A stretch of 50,451 bases of DNA. Source: a virus. Its lineage: Duplodnaviria; Caudoviricetes. Both the position numbers and the translations under genes were made by a program. The stretch covers positions 1 through 50,451 of IMG/VR virus record IMGVR_UViG_3300015203_000012. One strand, given 5' to 3'. Numbering within the stretch: position 1 is the stretch's first letter; every line of letters begins with the position of its first letter. The notes under the pieces are model-generated. The model ran no database searches, was not told the DNA's origin, and saw only the letters and a list, made by a program, of their open reading frames with translations. Below, one piece after another: positions 19,663 to 29,989 of the stretch.

Positions 19663-20505
19663 GTGAGCACGCCGCCAGGGCCAACGCTGGGACCTTGCAC
19701 TAGCTGGTGCTCAGGCCAGGATGTTGCGGCATGCCAGGATCCGCCGTTCGGCGACCCGGCGGCGTTCGACACGGCCGCGGTGGAGGCGTCGATGCTGCTC
19801 TACGAGATCACCGGCCGGCAGTTCTCCGGCCTGTGTACGGCAACCGTCAGGCCCGCAAATCAGCGGTGTACGTGTTGGTGGTGGATTCCTGCGGGTGTTG
19901 CGTTGCCGTCGTCGTGGGGTTGGGGTTCGTTCGGCGGGTACGGGTGGGGTTGGGGAAACCGGGCGACGAACGAAAGGTTTGGCTGTCAGCCGCTGTCCCG
20001 GGTGAAGCTTCCCGGCTATCCGGTCAGGGAGATCCTGGAGGTGAAGATCGACGGTGCCGTCGTTGACCCGTCCCAGTACAGGCTCGACGGGTGGCGGTGG
20101 CTGACGAGGCTTGCGAGCGAGGATGCGGACGGGAACCTGACGGCGCAGCGGTGGCCTGGATGTTCGAGGTCGGACTGCGCCGACGACGAACCCGGAACGT
20201 TCAGCGTCAGTTACCAATTCGGAATCTCTCCGCCGCCGTTGGGTGTCGCCGCCGCCGCCGCGTTGGCATCGGAGATCTTCAACGCGTGCACCGGTGGCGA
20301 GTGCGCGTTGCCGTCCCGTGTCACGAAGGTTTTGCGGCAGGGCGTCCAGATCGACCGGGTCATCACCGCCGCCGCCGCGCTCAGGCAGGGGAACTCCGGC
20401 ATCCAGCTCGTCGACGCGTTCCTAGCGGGATATCCGGGAACCGGGAGACGGCCCTCAGTTTTCAGCCCGGACGTTCAGGCTTTTGCACGCCGGGTCGGGT
20501 CGTGA
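19663..20505 (+). CDS. head-to-tail adaptor
   Basis: AS.LL..ITGRQF.G.C...VRP, C.LP.RVT...RQGV, G...VD. Confidence 0.7.
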   Translation: MSTPPGPTLGPCTSWCSGQDVAACQDPPFGDPAAFDTAAVEASMLLYEITGRQFSGLCTATVRPANQRCTCWWWIPAGVALPSSWGWGSFGGYGWGWGNRATNERFGCQPLSRVKLPGYPVREILEVKIDGAVVDPSQYRLDGWRWLTRLASEDADGNLTAQRWPGCSRSDCADDEPGTFSVSYQFGISPPPLGVAAAAALASEIFNACTGGECALPSRVTKVLRQGVQIDRVITAAAALRQGNSGIQLVDAFLAGYPGTGRRPSVFSPDVQAFARRVGS

Positions 20506-20508
20506 ACG

Positions 20509-21021
20509 GTGCCGTCGACCGTCGACGCGCTCTACCAGGCCGGCGCTGACCTCCTCGCCGCCTGCGTCGACGCGCTCAACCTGACCGCCGACGGTGCACC
20601 CGCCCGCCAGTACGTTTCCGACGGGCCCGTCGCGCTGGACTGCGAACAGATCACCGTCGAGTTCACGAGCATCGGGCAGGCCGACACGATCCCGATCAGT
20701 CCGCCGCTCGTGCCTGCGAGAAGGGTGCTAGTCGCCTCATTGGGGATGGTCGGCATGCAAGCTGTCGCAACGAGGTGTGTCCCGACCGTGGACGCGAACG
20801 GCCGGCCGCCCACCGTCGCGCAGATCGCAGCGTCCGGACAGATCGTTGCGGCGGACGGGTGGGCGCTCTGGAACCATCTCCACCAGGCCATCCACGCCGG
20901 AACGCTGTTCCCGGGCTGCCAAGGGGTGCTGATCCTTCCGATGCTGCCGATCCCGACATCAGGTGGTGTGGGCGGCTGGACAGTCCAGGTCAGGGTGCCG
21001 ATGGACGGCTTCGCCGCATGA
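20509..21021 (+). CDS. tail terminator/neck protein
   Basis: Position; RCVP, GG..G. Confidence 0.5.
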   Translation: MPSTVDALYQAGADLLAACVDALNLTADGAPARQYVSDGPVALDCEQITVEFTSIGQADTIPISPPLVPARRVLVASLGMVGMQAVATRCVPTVDANGRPPTVAQIAASGQIVAADGWALWNHLHQAIHAGTLFPGCQGVLILPMLPIPTSGGVGGWTVQVRVPMDGFAA

Positions 21022-21338
21022 TCGGCGAGGTCTACTTTAACGAGTTCGAGCTTCAGGCGCTCCTCAAAAGCACCTCGGGCCCGGTCGGCCGTGACCTCGC
21101 GCAACGCGCGATCCGCGTCGAGTCAGCAGCGAAACGGAACGCATCCGGCAGGCCGGGCCCGAACATCCAAACCGGCAGGCTCAGGTCGTCGATCACCTGG
21201 GCGCTCGGGACGGATCTCGACGGGCTCTTCGCCGACATCGGAAGCAACGTCGAGTACGCCGGCTACGTCGAAGAGGGCACCTCGCATGCCCCGCCCTACC
21301 CGTACCTGAAGCCCGCCCTGGGCGCGGCCGGTGGCTGA
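21018..21338 (+). CDS. HK97-gp10-like neck protein
   Basis: TGRLRSSI, IGSNVEYA.YVEEGT, PYLKPAL. Confidence 0.8.
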   Translation: MIGEVYFNEFELQALLKSTSGPVGRDLAQRAIRVESAAKRNASGRPGPNIQTGRLRSSITWALGTDLDGLFADIGSNVEYAGYVEEGTSHAPPYPYLKPALGAAGG

Positions 21339-21393
21339 CCGTGTGGTGGCGTAGAGTGACATGCGTTCAGTCCCCCACCGCTAGGAGCCACCC

Positions 21394-21756
21394 GTGAAGG
21401 ATTTCGATGAGGCACGCCGCCGGCGTGCCGAGCAGGACCGCGAGTTCACGATCGGCGGCGAACGGTTCGTGATGCGCGCCGGTGTCCGCCCGGAAGTGCT
21501 CGCCCCCTACGAAGGCTTGACGGCGGACACGTCGCCGACGGAGTCGCTGCAGATCATCGACGAGCTCGTGATGGCGTTCGTCGAACCGACCGACGATGCC
21601 GCACGCCGCTGGGTGCGGCTACGGGAGCGCGACGACGACCCGGTGACGTTGCAGGATCTGACGGAGCTTGTGCAGTGGCTGGTGGAGGGCCAGACCGGCC
21701 GCCCTACCGTGCCGCCATCGCCCTCTACGCGGTCGTCCGAGATCAGTGGAACGTGA
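21394..21756 (+). CDS. tail assembly chaperone (G)
   Basis: Upstream of tape measure; ends ...GRPT..PS.S. Confidence 0.75.
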   Translation: MKDFDEARRRRAEQDREFTIGGERFVMRAGVRPEVLAPYEGLTADTSPTESLQIIDELVMAFVEPTDDAARRWVRLRERDDDPVTLQDLTELVQWLVEGQTGRPTVPPSPSTRSSEISGT

Positions 21757-21974
21757 TCGACGGGCGCCTTACCCTCGCCGGCTGTGACGCGTCGACGTTC
21801 ACCCTTCGACGTCTCCTGAACGCCGTGTACGCGATGCTCGCCGACGGCAAAGACGAGAAAGAGATCGCGAAGCTCGACGCGTCGCTCGAGGGGCCCGATT
21901 CGGCAGCGGAGATCCGGTTGCAGGCGCGGGCGCAGGCCGAGATCGCCGCCGCGATGGGAATGGCCGCACAGTGA
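21700..21974 (+). CDS. tail assembly chaperone T part (-1 frame; alternative GTG at 21753)
   Basis: Open -1 frame overlapping G; W..IDG. Confidence 0.6.
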
Positions 21975-24499
21975 GCATCGTCGGCGAAACGTTCATCCGT
22001 ATCAGGCCCGACACCACAGGCTTCAAGTCGGAGACGGAAGGTGCGGTGCGTGCCGGTGTCGCAGGGGTCGGAAAGATCATCGCTGGCGCGTTCGCGGTCA
22101 AGGGTGTGTTCGATTTCGGGAAGCAGATCGTTGAACACGCTGCCGATGTGCAGAAGCAGATCGAGGCGATCAAGACGGAGTTCGGGTCAGCGTCCGACTC
22201 AGTCATCGCGTTCGGTGAGCATGGCGCGACGGCGCTCGGCGTGTCCGCCCATTTGGCCGACCAGACATCGGCGAGGTTCGGAATCATCGCGAAAAGCCTC
22301 GGGTTGACAAACGAGCAGGCCGCAACGATGACCGTCGGCTTCGAGAAGCTCGCCGGCAGCGTCTCTCAGATCCGCAACGTCGACCCGGCCACCCTGTTTC
22401 AGAACCTGCCGTTGGCGTTGGCGGGCAACACCCGGTCGATGCGGCAACTGGGGATCGTGACCGACCAGACGCAGCTGAAGATCGCCGCGTTCAAGCTCGG
22501 CCTGACGGATTCGATCACGCAGGCGTTGACGCCGGCGCAGAAGGCGTTGGCGATCTACGCGATCGGCACCGCGAACCTTGGCCAGTTCCAGGCGCAGGCG
22601 ACTTCGCATGCCGGCGATTTCGCGAACGTGCAGCGCAAGTTGAGTGCGGAGTTCGATAACGCGAAGGACTCCCTCGGGCGCGGCTTGTTGCCGGCGATGG
22701 AGAAGGTGTTCGGGTTCCTCGCGAACACCCTGCCCGGGGCGGTCGTGAAGATCAAAGACGACTTCAAGACGTTCAGGGACGACCTAGAGAAATTCACCGG
22801 GCCGATCGGGCATATCACGGGGCTCGTCGAGACGTTCGTCGGGGCGTTCGCTGTCGGGAAGATCATCGCGTTCGCGGGGGCGATCCGCACCGACCTGATC
22901 GCGAACGGGTTCGCCGAGCTCCAGGTCGCGACGAAGGTCGAGCAGGCCGCCTACCTCGAGGCGTTCGGGTCGATGGAGGTAGCGACGATCGGGTTGTCGG
23001 CGACGATCAAGGGCGCCTTGATTTCGACGGGGATCGGTGCGATCGCTGTTGCGGCGGGGATCGCGGCGGAGTTGGTGATCAACCATTGGTCGACGGTGAA
23101 GCGGTTCTTCATGGAGATGACATCGGGGTGGGTGCGGATTTTCGGGGCGGCGTGGGTGGCGATCAAGCAGGGAGCGAAAGCAGCCGCCTACTATTTGCTC
23201 GAGTCGTTCACGTTCGCGTTGCAGAAGATTTTGGAGTTGGCGTCGCATCTGCCGTTCGTCGGTGATTACGCGAGGCAGGCGTTGCAGGCGATCCAGGGGT
23301 TCATCGACCAGTTCACCCCTGATTTCTCGAAGGTGACGGCGGCGTGGGCTGCCGGCGGGCAGCAGGCCGGGCAGGCGTTCGCCGCGGCGGCGTCACAGGC
23401 CGCGAACGCGATCGCCGCCAACAGCGACCCGAACAAGGCTTTGCAGGCGCTGGCTGATCAGGGTTTCTCAACGGACATCTTGAGCGGGGCTGCGTACAAG
23501 TCGACGGCGCAGACAAAGGCGGCACTGGCCGCGTTGAACGACAACCTACGTACGGCTGTTGCGGAGAACACGTCGGCGGTCGACAGCGCACGCAACGCGC
23601 TCGGCTCAGCCGGCCAATCATTGGCGTCAGCGATCCAGCAGCAGGCCGCCGACGTTAGGAATGCGGTGCAGCAGGCGCAGCAGAACCTGACGTCGCTCGG
23701 GCAGGGGCTCGCGCAAACGGTGGCGACGTTCATCGACCAGGGGCCGCTCGGCCAGTACATCAAAAGGTTGCAGGACGCGTTGGCGGGCAGACAGTCCGCG
23801 CAGCAGCGCAAACAGCTCGTCGCCGCAGTCGTGGCTGCGCAGAAGTCGCTGAACGACAGCCTCGCCGCGGTCGGCCCTTCGGTCACACAGAACCCGCAGG
23901 AACGCACAGCGTTGAACGCCTATCTGGCGCCGCAACGGCTCGCGCTCGAACAGGCCCAATCAGCGCTCCAGGATTTCAACACCCAGGCGCACATCGGCAC
24001 GCTCCAGTCCCGTGCGCAACGGCTGAAGGACTCCATCTCGCGCGGCTTCAGCGATCTCACCGACGAGTTCAACAAGGGCGCGATCAACACCTCGACGTTC
24101 AACACGAGGATCGCCGCGTTGTTGGCGAAGGGTGGCATCAACTACCGCAACGCCGGAAAAACACTTGGTGTGTCTTTCGGCGACGGGTTCCGTGACCAGG
24201 TCACCACCATTCTCCAGCAGGCGTTCGCGATCAACCAAGGCCCCCAGCTCGGACTCATCGGCGGCACCATCGTCCGCCCCCTCGACGTGCTCCGCACCGA
24301 CCAACAAAACGTCGCGAAAGCGCAACACCAGGTGGCGTTGAAACAAACCGGGCTGCAGGAACGCATCGCGAAAGCGTCCGAGAAGACCGCCGCCGACCTC
24401 GCCGCGATCAAATCCGTGCAGCTCGGCCCGACCGCGTCGACCGTCACGAAACCCGCACCGACATCGAACCCGCGCGGCACAGCAGTGAGGCACCGATGA
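21971..24499 (+). CDS. tape measure protein
   Basis: 842 aa, Ala-rich helical; VGE.FI.IRPD..GF N-terminus. Confidence 0.9.
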   Translation: MSIVGETFIRIRPDTTGFKSETEGAVRAGVAGVGKIIAGAFAVKGVFDFGKQIVEHAADVQKQIEAIKTEFGSASDSVIAFGEHGATALGVSAHLADQTSARFGIIAKSLGLTNEQAATMTVGFEKLAGSVSQIRNVDPATLFQNLPLALAGNTRSMRQLGIVTDQTQLKIAAFKLGLTDSITQALTPAQKALAIYAIGTANLGQFQAQATSHAGDFANVQRKLSAEFDNAKDSLGRGLLPAMEKVFGFLANTLPGAVVKIKDDFKTFRDDLEKFTGPIGHITGLVETFVGAFAVGKIIAFAGAIRTDLIANGFAELQVATKVEQAAYLEAFGSMEVATIGLSATIKGALISTGIGAIAVAAGIAAELVINHWSTVKRFFMEMTSGWVRIFGAAWVAIKQGAKAAAYYLLESFTFALQKILELASHLPFVGDYARQALQAIQGFIDQFTPDFSKVTAAWAAGGQQAGQAFAAAASQAANAIAANSDPNKALQALADQGFSTDILSGAAYKSTAQTKAALAALNDNLRTAVAENTSAVDSARNALGSAGQSLASAIQQQAADVRNAVQQAQQNLTSLGQGLAQTVATFIDQGPLGQYIKRLQDALAGRQSAQQRKQLVAAVVAAQKSLNDSLAAVGPSVTQNPQERTALNAYLAPQRLALEQAQSALQDFNTQAHIGTLQSRAQRLKDSISRGFSDLTDEFNKGAINTSTFNTRIAALLAKGGINYRNAGKTLGVSFGDGFRDQVTTILQQAFAINQGPQLGLIGGTIVRPLDVLRTDQQNVAKAQHQVALKQTGLQERIAKASEKTAADLAAIKSVQLGPTASTVTKPAPTSNPRGTAVRHR

Positions 24500-25365
24500 A
24501 TCTGCAGTGGGGAAATATTCCGCTGACGTTGCTGTCGCCGTTCGCGAACATCACGTTCAACGACGACACCAACCCCGTCGGGCTGTTCCTGCTCGACGAC
24601 TCGAAATGCTCGATCAGTGTCGCGCTCAGGGTGACGAAGGACGACATCCCGCAGGGGTCGGGGGCGATCTTTCACCGGCCGAGGTTGCAGTCGGAGACGC
24701 TGATGACGTTGGGCGTCGAGTTCTACAAGGACAGGCACACGCCAGCGTGCGACCACCAGCTCGTCCAGATGTCGGATCTGCTCTTGGGTGCGCTCAACTC
24801 GCTTCTTGACGCGGACCAGGGCCGTGTCGAGTGGACGCCGTCGGGGTTCGGCACAAGGCTTTTGGATGATGCGTTGTGGGCGGTTGCGGCGGTGCCGTTC
24901 ATCGAGGGCACGTCGATTCGCGGGTACACGTTCGGTCTGGACTCGCCGTTCCCGTATGCGATCGATTTGGCGCAAACGGTCGTGACTGTCGCGGCGGGTG
25001 CGACCGTCACGCTGACGAACGCCGGGTCGGCACCGTTCCTGCCGGTCGTGAAAGTCTCCCCGGCGTCGTCGGTCCCTTTGACGGCGTTCACCCTGACGAA
25101 CCACACGGTGCTGGACGTTGACGGCAACCCGCTGATGGTCGTCTACGACTCGACCCGGCCGGGAGCGCAGACGATCGCGCCAGGCCATTACGCGGAGATC
25201 GACTTCTTCCGCAACACCATCTACCTCGACGGAGCATCGACGAACCTCAAACCGGGCCTCGACGTCTCAACACTCGATTTCTTCCCGATCAACCCCGGCG
25301 CGAACAGTGTCACGGTGACGGGCGGCAACGCCGACTTCCTTCTCAACAACGCCTGGGCCGGGTAA
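24496..25365 (+). CDS. distal tail protein (Dit-like)
   Basis: Follows TMP; P.PY, N.G....P, FF.I.PG.N. Confidence 0.75.
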   Translation: MNLQWGNIPLTLLSPFANITFNDDTNPVGLFLLDDSKCSISVALRVTKDDIPQGSGAIFHRPRLQSETLMTLGVEFYKDRHTPACDHQLVQMSDLLLGALNSLLDADQGRVEWTPSGFGTRLLDDALWAVAAVPFIEGTSIRGYTFGLDSPFPYAIDLAQTVVTVAAGATVTLTNAGSAPFLPVVKVSPASSVPLTAFTLTNHTVLDVDGNPLMVVYDSTRPGAQTIAPGHYAEIDFFRNTIYLDGASTNLKPGLDVSTLDFFPINPGANSVTVTGGNADFLLNNAWAG

Positions 25366-27218
25366 TGGCTTCCTTCACCTATGACGGGGGCGCGAACATC
25401 TCCGCGACGTTCGACAGCGTCGCCGGGCACACCTACCAGCTTGCGGCAGATGATCCTGATTCCTCGACAGTGAACGGCACCGGTACGGGTTCGCCCCTGA
25501 CCTTGAATATCACCGACGCAGGTGGTCCCGCCGGCACGCACTTCTACATCATCGTTTTCGACTTCACCGACAACACGTATGTGGCCGTGACAATGGCCGC
25601 GATCGGCCAGACCAGCGATCAGGATCTCGCGATCTCGTGGTCATATGATGGAGCGCACGCGGTCTCCGCAACCTTTCACTCAACAGCTGGGTGGGACTAC
25701 GAGCTCCTTTGTCACCAAGGGGACGGAACCTCGGTTGGGTCTGACGCGAACACCGCCTCTGGAGCAAGCCTCACGCTCTCTGCGACGATCTCCACGCCTA
25801 CTGCCGGGCTTGAGGCGCTTTGGTTCTCGGTTTTCATCGTCGCCACCGGGACAGATTCGGCGACGACCCAGCGCCTTGCCACCTATGGCAGCTCGTCGCT
25901 TGGCTACACCACTTTTGGCTCCGGCCCGCCGCCGCCCATGCCGCCGATCCGTCGGTTTTTCCGCGGCTACCCATGGCGGTTCATCGTCACCGACCTGAAT
26001 ACCCAGACGCTGACGCTGCTTGACCGGCTCGCGTCCGCCCGGACCGTGACGAAAGCGATGGATCAGCCGATGGACGCGTCCGGCCATGTGCCATCAGACA
26101 GCCCCGAGATCAACATTTTGCATACCGACGGTGACCCGTTCATGGCCGAAGGTAACCGGCTTGTCTACGGGTTCCGCAGGGAGGGCTGGGACGGGTCGAA
26201 CCCGCCGTGGGTGTGCCGGTTCGCCGGCGTCCTCGACCATCTCGAGGACATCGTCGGTACGAACTCGCCGGTCACGCAATGGACAGCACGTGATCCGTGG
26301 CAATACATGTACAGCCGGCCGGTCAGGCTTGCCGACGGCCAGCTGTCCGGGCCGCTCGGCCGTGTGTTCCTCGCCGCCGACGGGTGGACACCAACCACGA
26401 TCGCGCAGCAGCTGCTTCTCGACACGATCGCTTTCGACGGGCCGTGCTTCGTCGAGTCCGGCACCGTCGCCGACTCCGTCTCGATCGGCGACGTCACGTT
26501 CCAGCAGGGCCTCTCGGTCGGTGCCGCCTGGGATCAGTTGTGCGCGACGAACAAGGTGCACATCGTCCTCGACCCAGTCTACGACCCCGTCGGCCACCCC
26601 GGCATCTGCTCGTACTTCAACGCCTACCCGGACATCGGCCAGGTGCGGAACGCGGCGATCTTCGCCTGGGACCTCCCCTCGAGGTCTCTGCTATCCGTCG
26701 ATCGGATCATCGACGGCACCTTGCGCGCGAACAGCATCCAGTTCTACTTCGGCCAAGGCGGGCCACCCGTTGACCTCGCAACCGATGCGGCGTCGATCGC
26801 GAAGTACGGAAACTACTGGGCGCAGCAGTTCTGGCCCGGATTCAAACAAGCCGGGCCAGTTGCGGCGATGGCCGCCCAGCAGCTCCTGCTGCTCCGGAAC
26901 GGTTCGGTCACCTACCAGTTCGCGCCGGCGCCGGAGCGCTCACCGATCCCGTTCGACGACTACGACGTAGGCGACTACGCCCCCTTCTACGCATCAAAGA
27001 AACTCAGGGCGCCCCTCCAGCCAACCCTCGTCGACGGAGCCTGGGCGGACCTGCCGAGGATCCGGGCGTTCACGATCCAGATCGCCGACAACCAAACCGA
27101 AACCGTCAGCCAACTCCTCACAAGCTTCGAGGGTGAAGCGTCCGTGCCCGCCGGCCCCCACGTCGTTGTGACCGGCACACCCGTCGAAGGCGCAACGCTG
27201 ACCGCGACGATCTCATGA
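25365..27218 (+). CDS. tail tip/hub protein with duplicated N-terminal beta domains and C-terminal Ig-like tag
   Basis: Follows Dit; SIAKYG, DYDVGD; internal repeat. Confidence 0.7.
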   Translation: MASFTYDGGANISATFDSVAGHTYQLAADDPDSSTVNGTGTGSPLTLNITDAGGPAGTHFYIIVFDFTDNTYVAVTMAAIGQTSDQDLAISWSYDGAHAVSATFHSTAGWDYELLCHQGDGTSVGSDANTASGASLTLSATISTPTAGLEALWFSVFIVATGTDSATTQRLATYGSSSLGYTTFGSGPPPPMPPIRRFFRGYPWRFIVTDLNTQTLTLLDRLASARTVTKAMDQPMDASGHVPSDSPEINILHTDGDPFMAEGNRLVYGFRREGWDGSNPPWVCRFAGVLDHLEDIVGTNSPVTQWTARDPWQYMYSRPVRLADGQLSGPLGRVFLAADGWTPTTIAQQLLLDTIAFDGPCFVESGTVADSVSIGDVTFQQGLSVGAAWDQLCATNKVHIVLDPVYDPVGHPGICSYFNAYPDIGQVRNAAIFAWDLPSRSLLSVDRIIDGTLRANSIQFYFGQGGPPVDLATDAASIAKYGNYWAQQFWPGFKQAGPVAAMAAQQLLLLRNGSVTYQFAPAPERSPIPFDDYDVGDYAPFYASKKLRAPLQPTLVDGAWADLPRIRAFTIQIADNQTETVSQLLTSFEGEASVPAGPHVVVTGTPVEGATLTATIS

Positions 27219-27904
27219 CACCACCGATCGGCAGACAGCCAAACAGCGACGACGAGCTCCGCGACCACCTAGACCGCATCCGTGCGCTCGAGGCCGCCAC
27301 CGCCGACGACCCAGACCCAGACCACGACTGGGCACCCACGTTCATTCTTTCCCAGACGTTCGCCTCCAGCAACATCCCGGTCGCGACCGACTACCTGCCG
27401 ACATGGTCGAGCGACGTCATCTTCAGAACCAACGACGGGGGCTTCAGCCTCGAGAGCGGCCCCGCACCAACGAGCCCGTTCGCCGGCACCTACTTCACCT
27501 TCGACTACGGCTCCGACGCGCACAACATCTCCGTCGTCAGCCCCGGCCTCTACCTCTTCAACGTCCAGTTCCAGATCGACGGTATGGACGACGGCACCAT
27601 GATCTCGCCGGGCGTGAACTTCATGATGATGACGATCAACCCGGTCGTCAGCGGCGGGTTCTTGTTCGGCGGTTACTTCGCGTTTTCCCAGTTCCCCACA
27701 CTGGAAGCGACGAGCCAGCTCTACTGGACGCTTTCCGGCACACCTGACCTCAGCAGCACACGGGCGGTCGGCATGACAGGCGTCTTCCCTTGCACTGGAG
27801 CAACCACCATCAAGATCGGGAACGTGCGCCACGACGGCAAAGAAGGAAACGCGACCCTCTGGAGCGCAGGCATCCAGATCTATCGTCTCGGCGACATAGC
27901 GTGA
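27215..27904 (+). CDS. minor tail/receptor-binding protein
   Basis: RIRALE coil, then beta-rich PGLYLF domain. Confidence 0.55.
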   Translation: MTPPIGRQPNSDDELRDHLDRIRALEAATADDPDPDHDWAPTFILSQTFASSNIPVATDYLPTWSSDVIFRTNDGGFSLESGPAPTSPFAGTYFTFDYGSDAHNISVVSPGLYLFNVQFQIDGMDDGTMISPGVNFMMMTINPVVSGGFLFGGYFAFSQFPTLEATSQLYWTLSGTPDLSSTRAVGMTGVFPCTGATTIKIGNVRHDGKEGNATLWSAGIQIYRLGDIA

Positions 27905-28173
27905 CCGGATCCGCCGCAGACCCTGGTCTCGGCGGTGAGAGCCCGGGGCCGAAGCCAGGGGGGCTGACGGCCCCGGGCCCACAACTCGTCCGTGTCCGGG
28001 CGACCGTCCACCTCCCAGGCGGCCCCGGGGAGCCCACGCTGGCCCCAGGAGACATCGTCGACGTCACCCCGTCCTCCCCGTTCATCCAGGACTGTTTGCG
28101 TGCACAGACGCTCGTGCCGCTCCCCGCACACCTCCAGCCGGCAGGCGAACGGCCGAACAAGGACGTAAAGTGA
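27901..28173 (+). CDS. hypothetical protein
   Basis: GTGA overlap. Confidence 0.5.
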   Translation: MTGSAADPGLGGESPGPKPGGLTAPGPQLVRVRATVHLPGGPGEPTLAPGDIVDVTPSSPFIQDCLRAQTLVPLPAHLQPAGERPNKDVK

Positions 28174-28182
28174 CAGGCAACA

Positions 28183-28953
28183 ATGTCCCCACCGTTCCCT
28201 ACCCTGAAGGCAGCGCGCCCGCTGATGCGAGACCCGGGCGAAACAGGGCCCGTCCACGATGCCCAGTGGCTCCTCTCCGGCCACGGACGCTTCGCCGAGG
28301 TCTACTACCACGGCAAACCCGATGGCATCTACGGGCCGTCCTGCGGCCTCGCCGCCTACGAGGCGAAATGGTGGTGCGGCTACGCCTCGAGCGAACTCGA
28401 CCATGTCTTCGGACCTACCCTCTACAGCTACCTTCTGCCGCTCACATCCGGTGACGCAGCCAAGCTGCCGATCGCAAACCGGATACGCCGCCAGGGCCGC
28501 CTCGCGGAACGCCAGCGTCTCGAATACGTAAACCCGTACCGGGCCGTGCAGCATCTCGGCGCTGCGGGCGTCGACCAAGGAGTCGATTACAGCGGCCAAG
28601 GCGACGTGTACGCGATCGGGCCCGCCCGTGTCACGGTCGTGTCAACGAGCTCCGGCTGGCCCGGCGGCGGCGCCGTCTCCTACACATTCACGGACGGTCC
28701 GAAGGCCGGGCAGGCCGTCTACTTCGTCGAGAACGTCATGCCGCGCGTCAAAGCCGGACAACTCGTCGACCACACCACCGTGATCGCGACGATGTACGAC
28801 TCCTACCCGTACACCGAATCAGGGTGGGCACATCCCGGCACCATCAACCCGCTCGCGCCGCTCTACCCGGACCCGCACAGCCCGAAGCCCGAAGGTGTCG
28901 ACTTCAACCAGTTCCTCGCGTCGCTCGGCGTCACACCCATCGTGGCCGTATGA
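28183..28953 (+). CDS. endolysin-like: peptidoglycan-binding domain plus atypical M23-fold domain
   Basis: DGIYGP; DQGVDY...VYAIG...VKAGQLV. Confidence 0.65.
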   Translation: MSPPFPTLKAARPLMRDPGETGPVHDAQWLLSGHGRFAEVYYHGKPDGIYGPSCGLAAYEAKWWCGYASSELDHVFGPTLYSYLLPLTSGDAAKLPIANRIRRQGRLAERQRLEYVNPYRAVQHLGAAGVDQGVDYSGQGDVYAIGPARVTVVSTSSGWPGGGAVSYTFTDGPKAGQAVYFVENVMPRVKAGQLVDHTTVIATMYDSYPYTESGWAHPGTINPLAPLYPDPHSPKPEGVDFNQFLASLGVTPIVAV

Positions 28954-29516
28954 CAACCCCGGCCGTGACGGCAGACCTCGACTGGGCGAGCCTCGCCCGT
29001 CACGCCGCGACACCGTTCCCACATGGATGGGCCCCCGACGAATGGGTGTTCTTCTCGCCTAGAGATCCGGGCGTCCATGACGCGATCGTGGAGGTCGTCC
29101 AGTCGACGTCGCACAGACTGCTCGGAAACCACTACGGATTCGATGACGACCAGGTCTCCGACCTGATGCTGCAGAAGGCAGCCGACCCGTCGATCTTCTT
29201 CCTGCTCAACCTTGACAGCTCACAGGCCGCAGGCGTTCACGAAAAGAAGATCCTCGCGAATTGGCAGCAGTTCGAGGGAACGATGGTCGCGGTCGGCCGG
29301 TCTGTGCATGCCGCGATCTCGCATCTGAAGGTGACCGTCGTCGACGGCCTATATGTCATCTCGGGTTCGACGAATCTGTCGGCCTCCGGCGAAGGGCTGC
29401 AAGACAATGAGCTTCGGATCACCCGCAACCCGCTGCTGGCTGGACGGTACGAGTCGGTGCTGCTGTTGAACCACGCGGCGATGTTGAAACAGATGGCCGC
29501 GAAGAAGGCCGCATGA
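28950..29516 (+). CDS. phospholipase D-family (single HKD) protein
   Basis: HLKVTVVD...SGSTN.S...DNE. Confidence 0.85.
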   Translation: MTTPAVTADLDWASLARHAATPFPHGWAPDEWVFFSPRDPGVHDAIVEVVQSTSHRLLGNHYGFDDDQVSDLMLQKAADPSIFFLLNLDSSQAAGVHEKKILANWQQFEGTMVAVGRSVHAAISHLKVTVVDGLYVISGSTNLSASGEGLQDNELRITRNPLLAGRYESVLLLNHAAMLKQMAAKKAA

Positions 29517-29989
29517 CACATCTTTTTTTTTACGGGGCGCCGCGAACTTCGGTTGTCGCAGGGGTGTTCAGCAACTCGATCTCGTTGGGCACCGCGCTCG
29601 TCGGCGTCATGCTCCTCGCGTTCGCCGCCTACTTCGCATGGAAGAACAAAGCGCTCGAGTCCGCACAGGGAAGCGCCGTCAGTGCGAACACGTCGGCGGA
29701 GCGGTGGCGTGAGGACTACCTGGGGCTGCGGGAGGTGCTCGAGGACAAAGAGACACAGCACGCAGCCGCGCTCGCGGATGCCAACGCCCGCTATGAGGAG
29801 CAACGTGCGTTGAAGCACGCCGCGCTCACCGAGAACGCCGCCCTCAAGATGGCGACCGACCTGTCCGGGGTCATGCAAGCGCTCACCGACATGGCGACCC
29901 GGTTCGCGTCGTTCAGTGATGTCCAGCAGTCACAGACCCGGGTGCTCGAGCAGATCGAGAAACGACTCGCCGCGATGAACGGCCACTAA
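29513..29989 (+). CDS. membrane-anchored coiled-coil protein (lysis cassette)
   Basis: One TM segment then heptads. Confidence 0.65.
   Translation: MTHLFFYGAPRTSVVAGVFSNSISLGTALVGVMLLAFAAYFAWKNKALESAQGSAVSANTSAERWREDYLGLREVLEDKETQHAAALADANARYEEQRALKHAALTENAALKMATDLSGVMQALTDMATRFASFSDVQQSQTRVLEQIEKRLAAMNGH

Noticed and set aside
25236-25257. Extra site A copy (AACCGGGC); similar hits near 19957 and 24346
   Set aside because: Right arm only, mid-gene, no left arm at the correct spacing
25365-27904. Diversity-generating retroelement or tail-fibre shufflon
   Set aside because: No reverse transcriptase, no TR/VR pair and no inverted sites seen near tail genes
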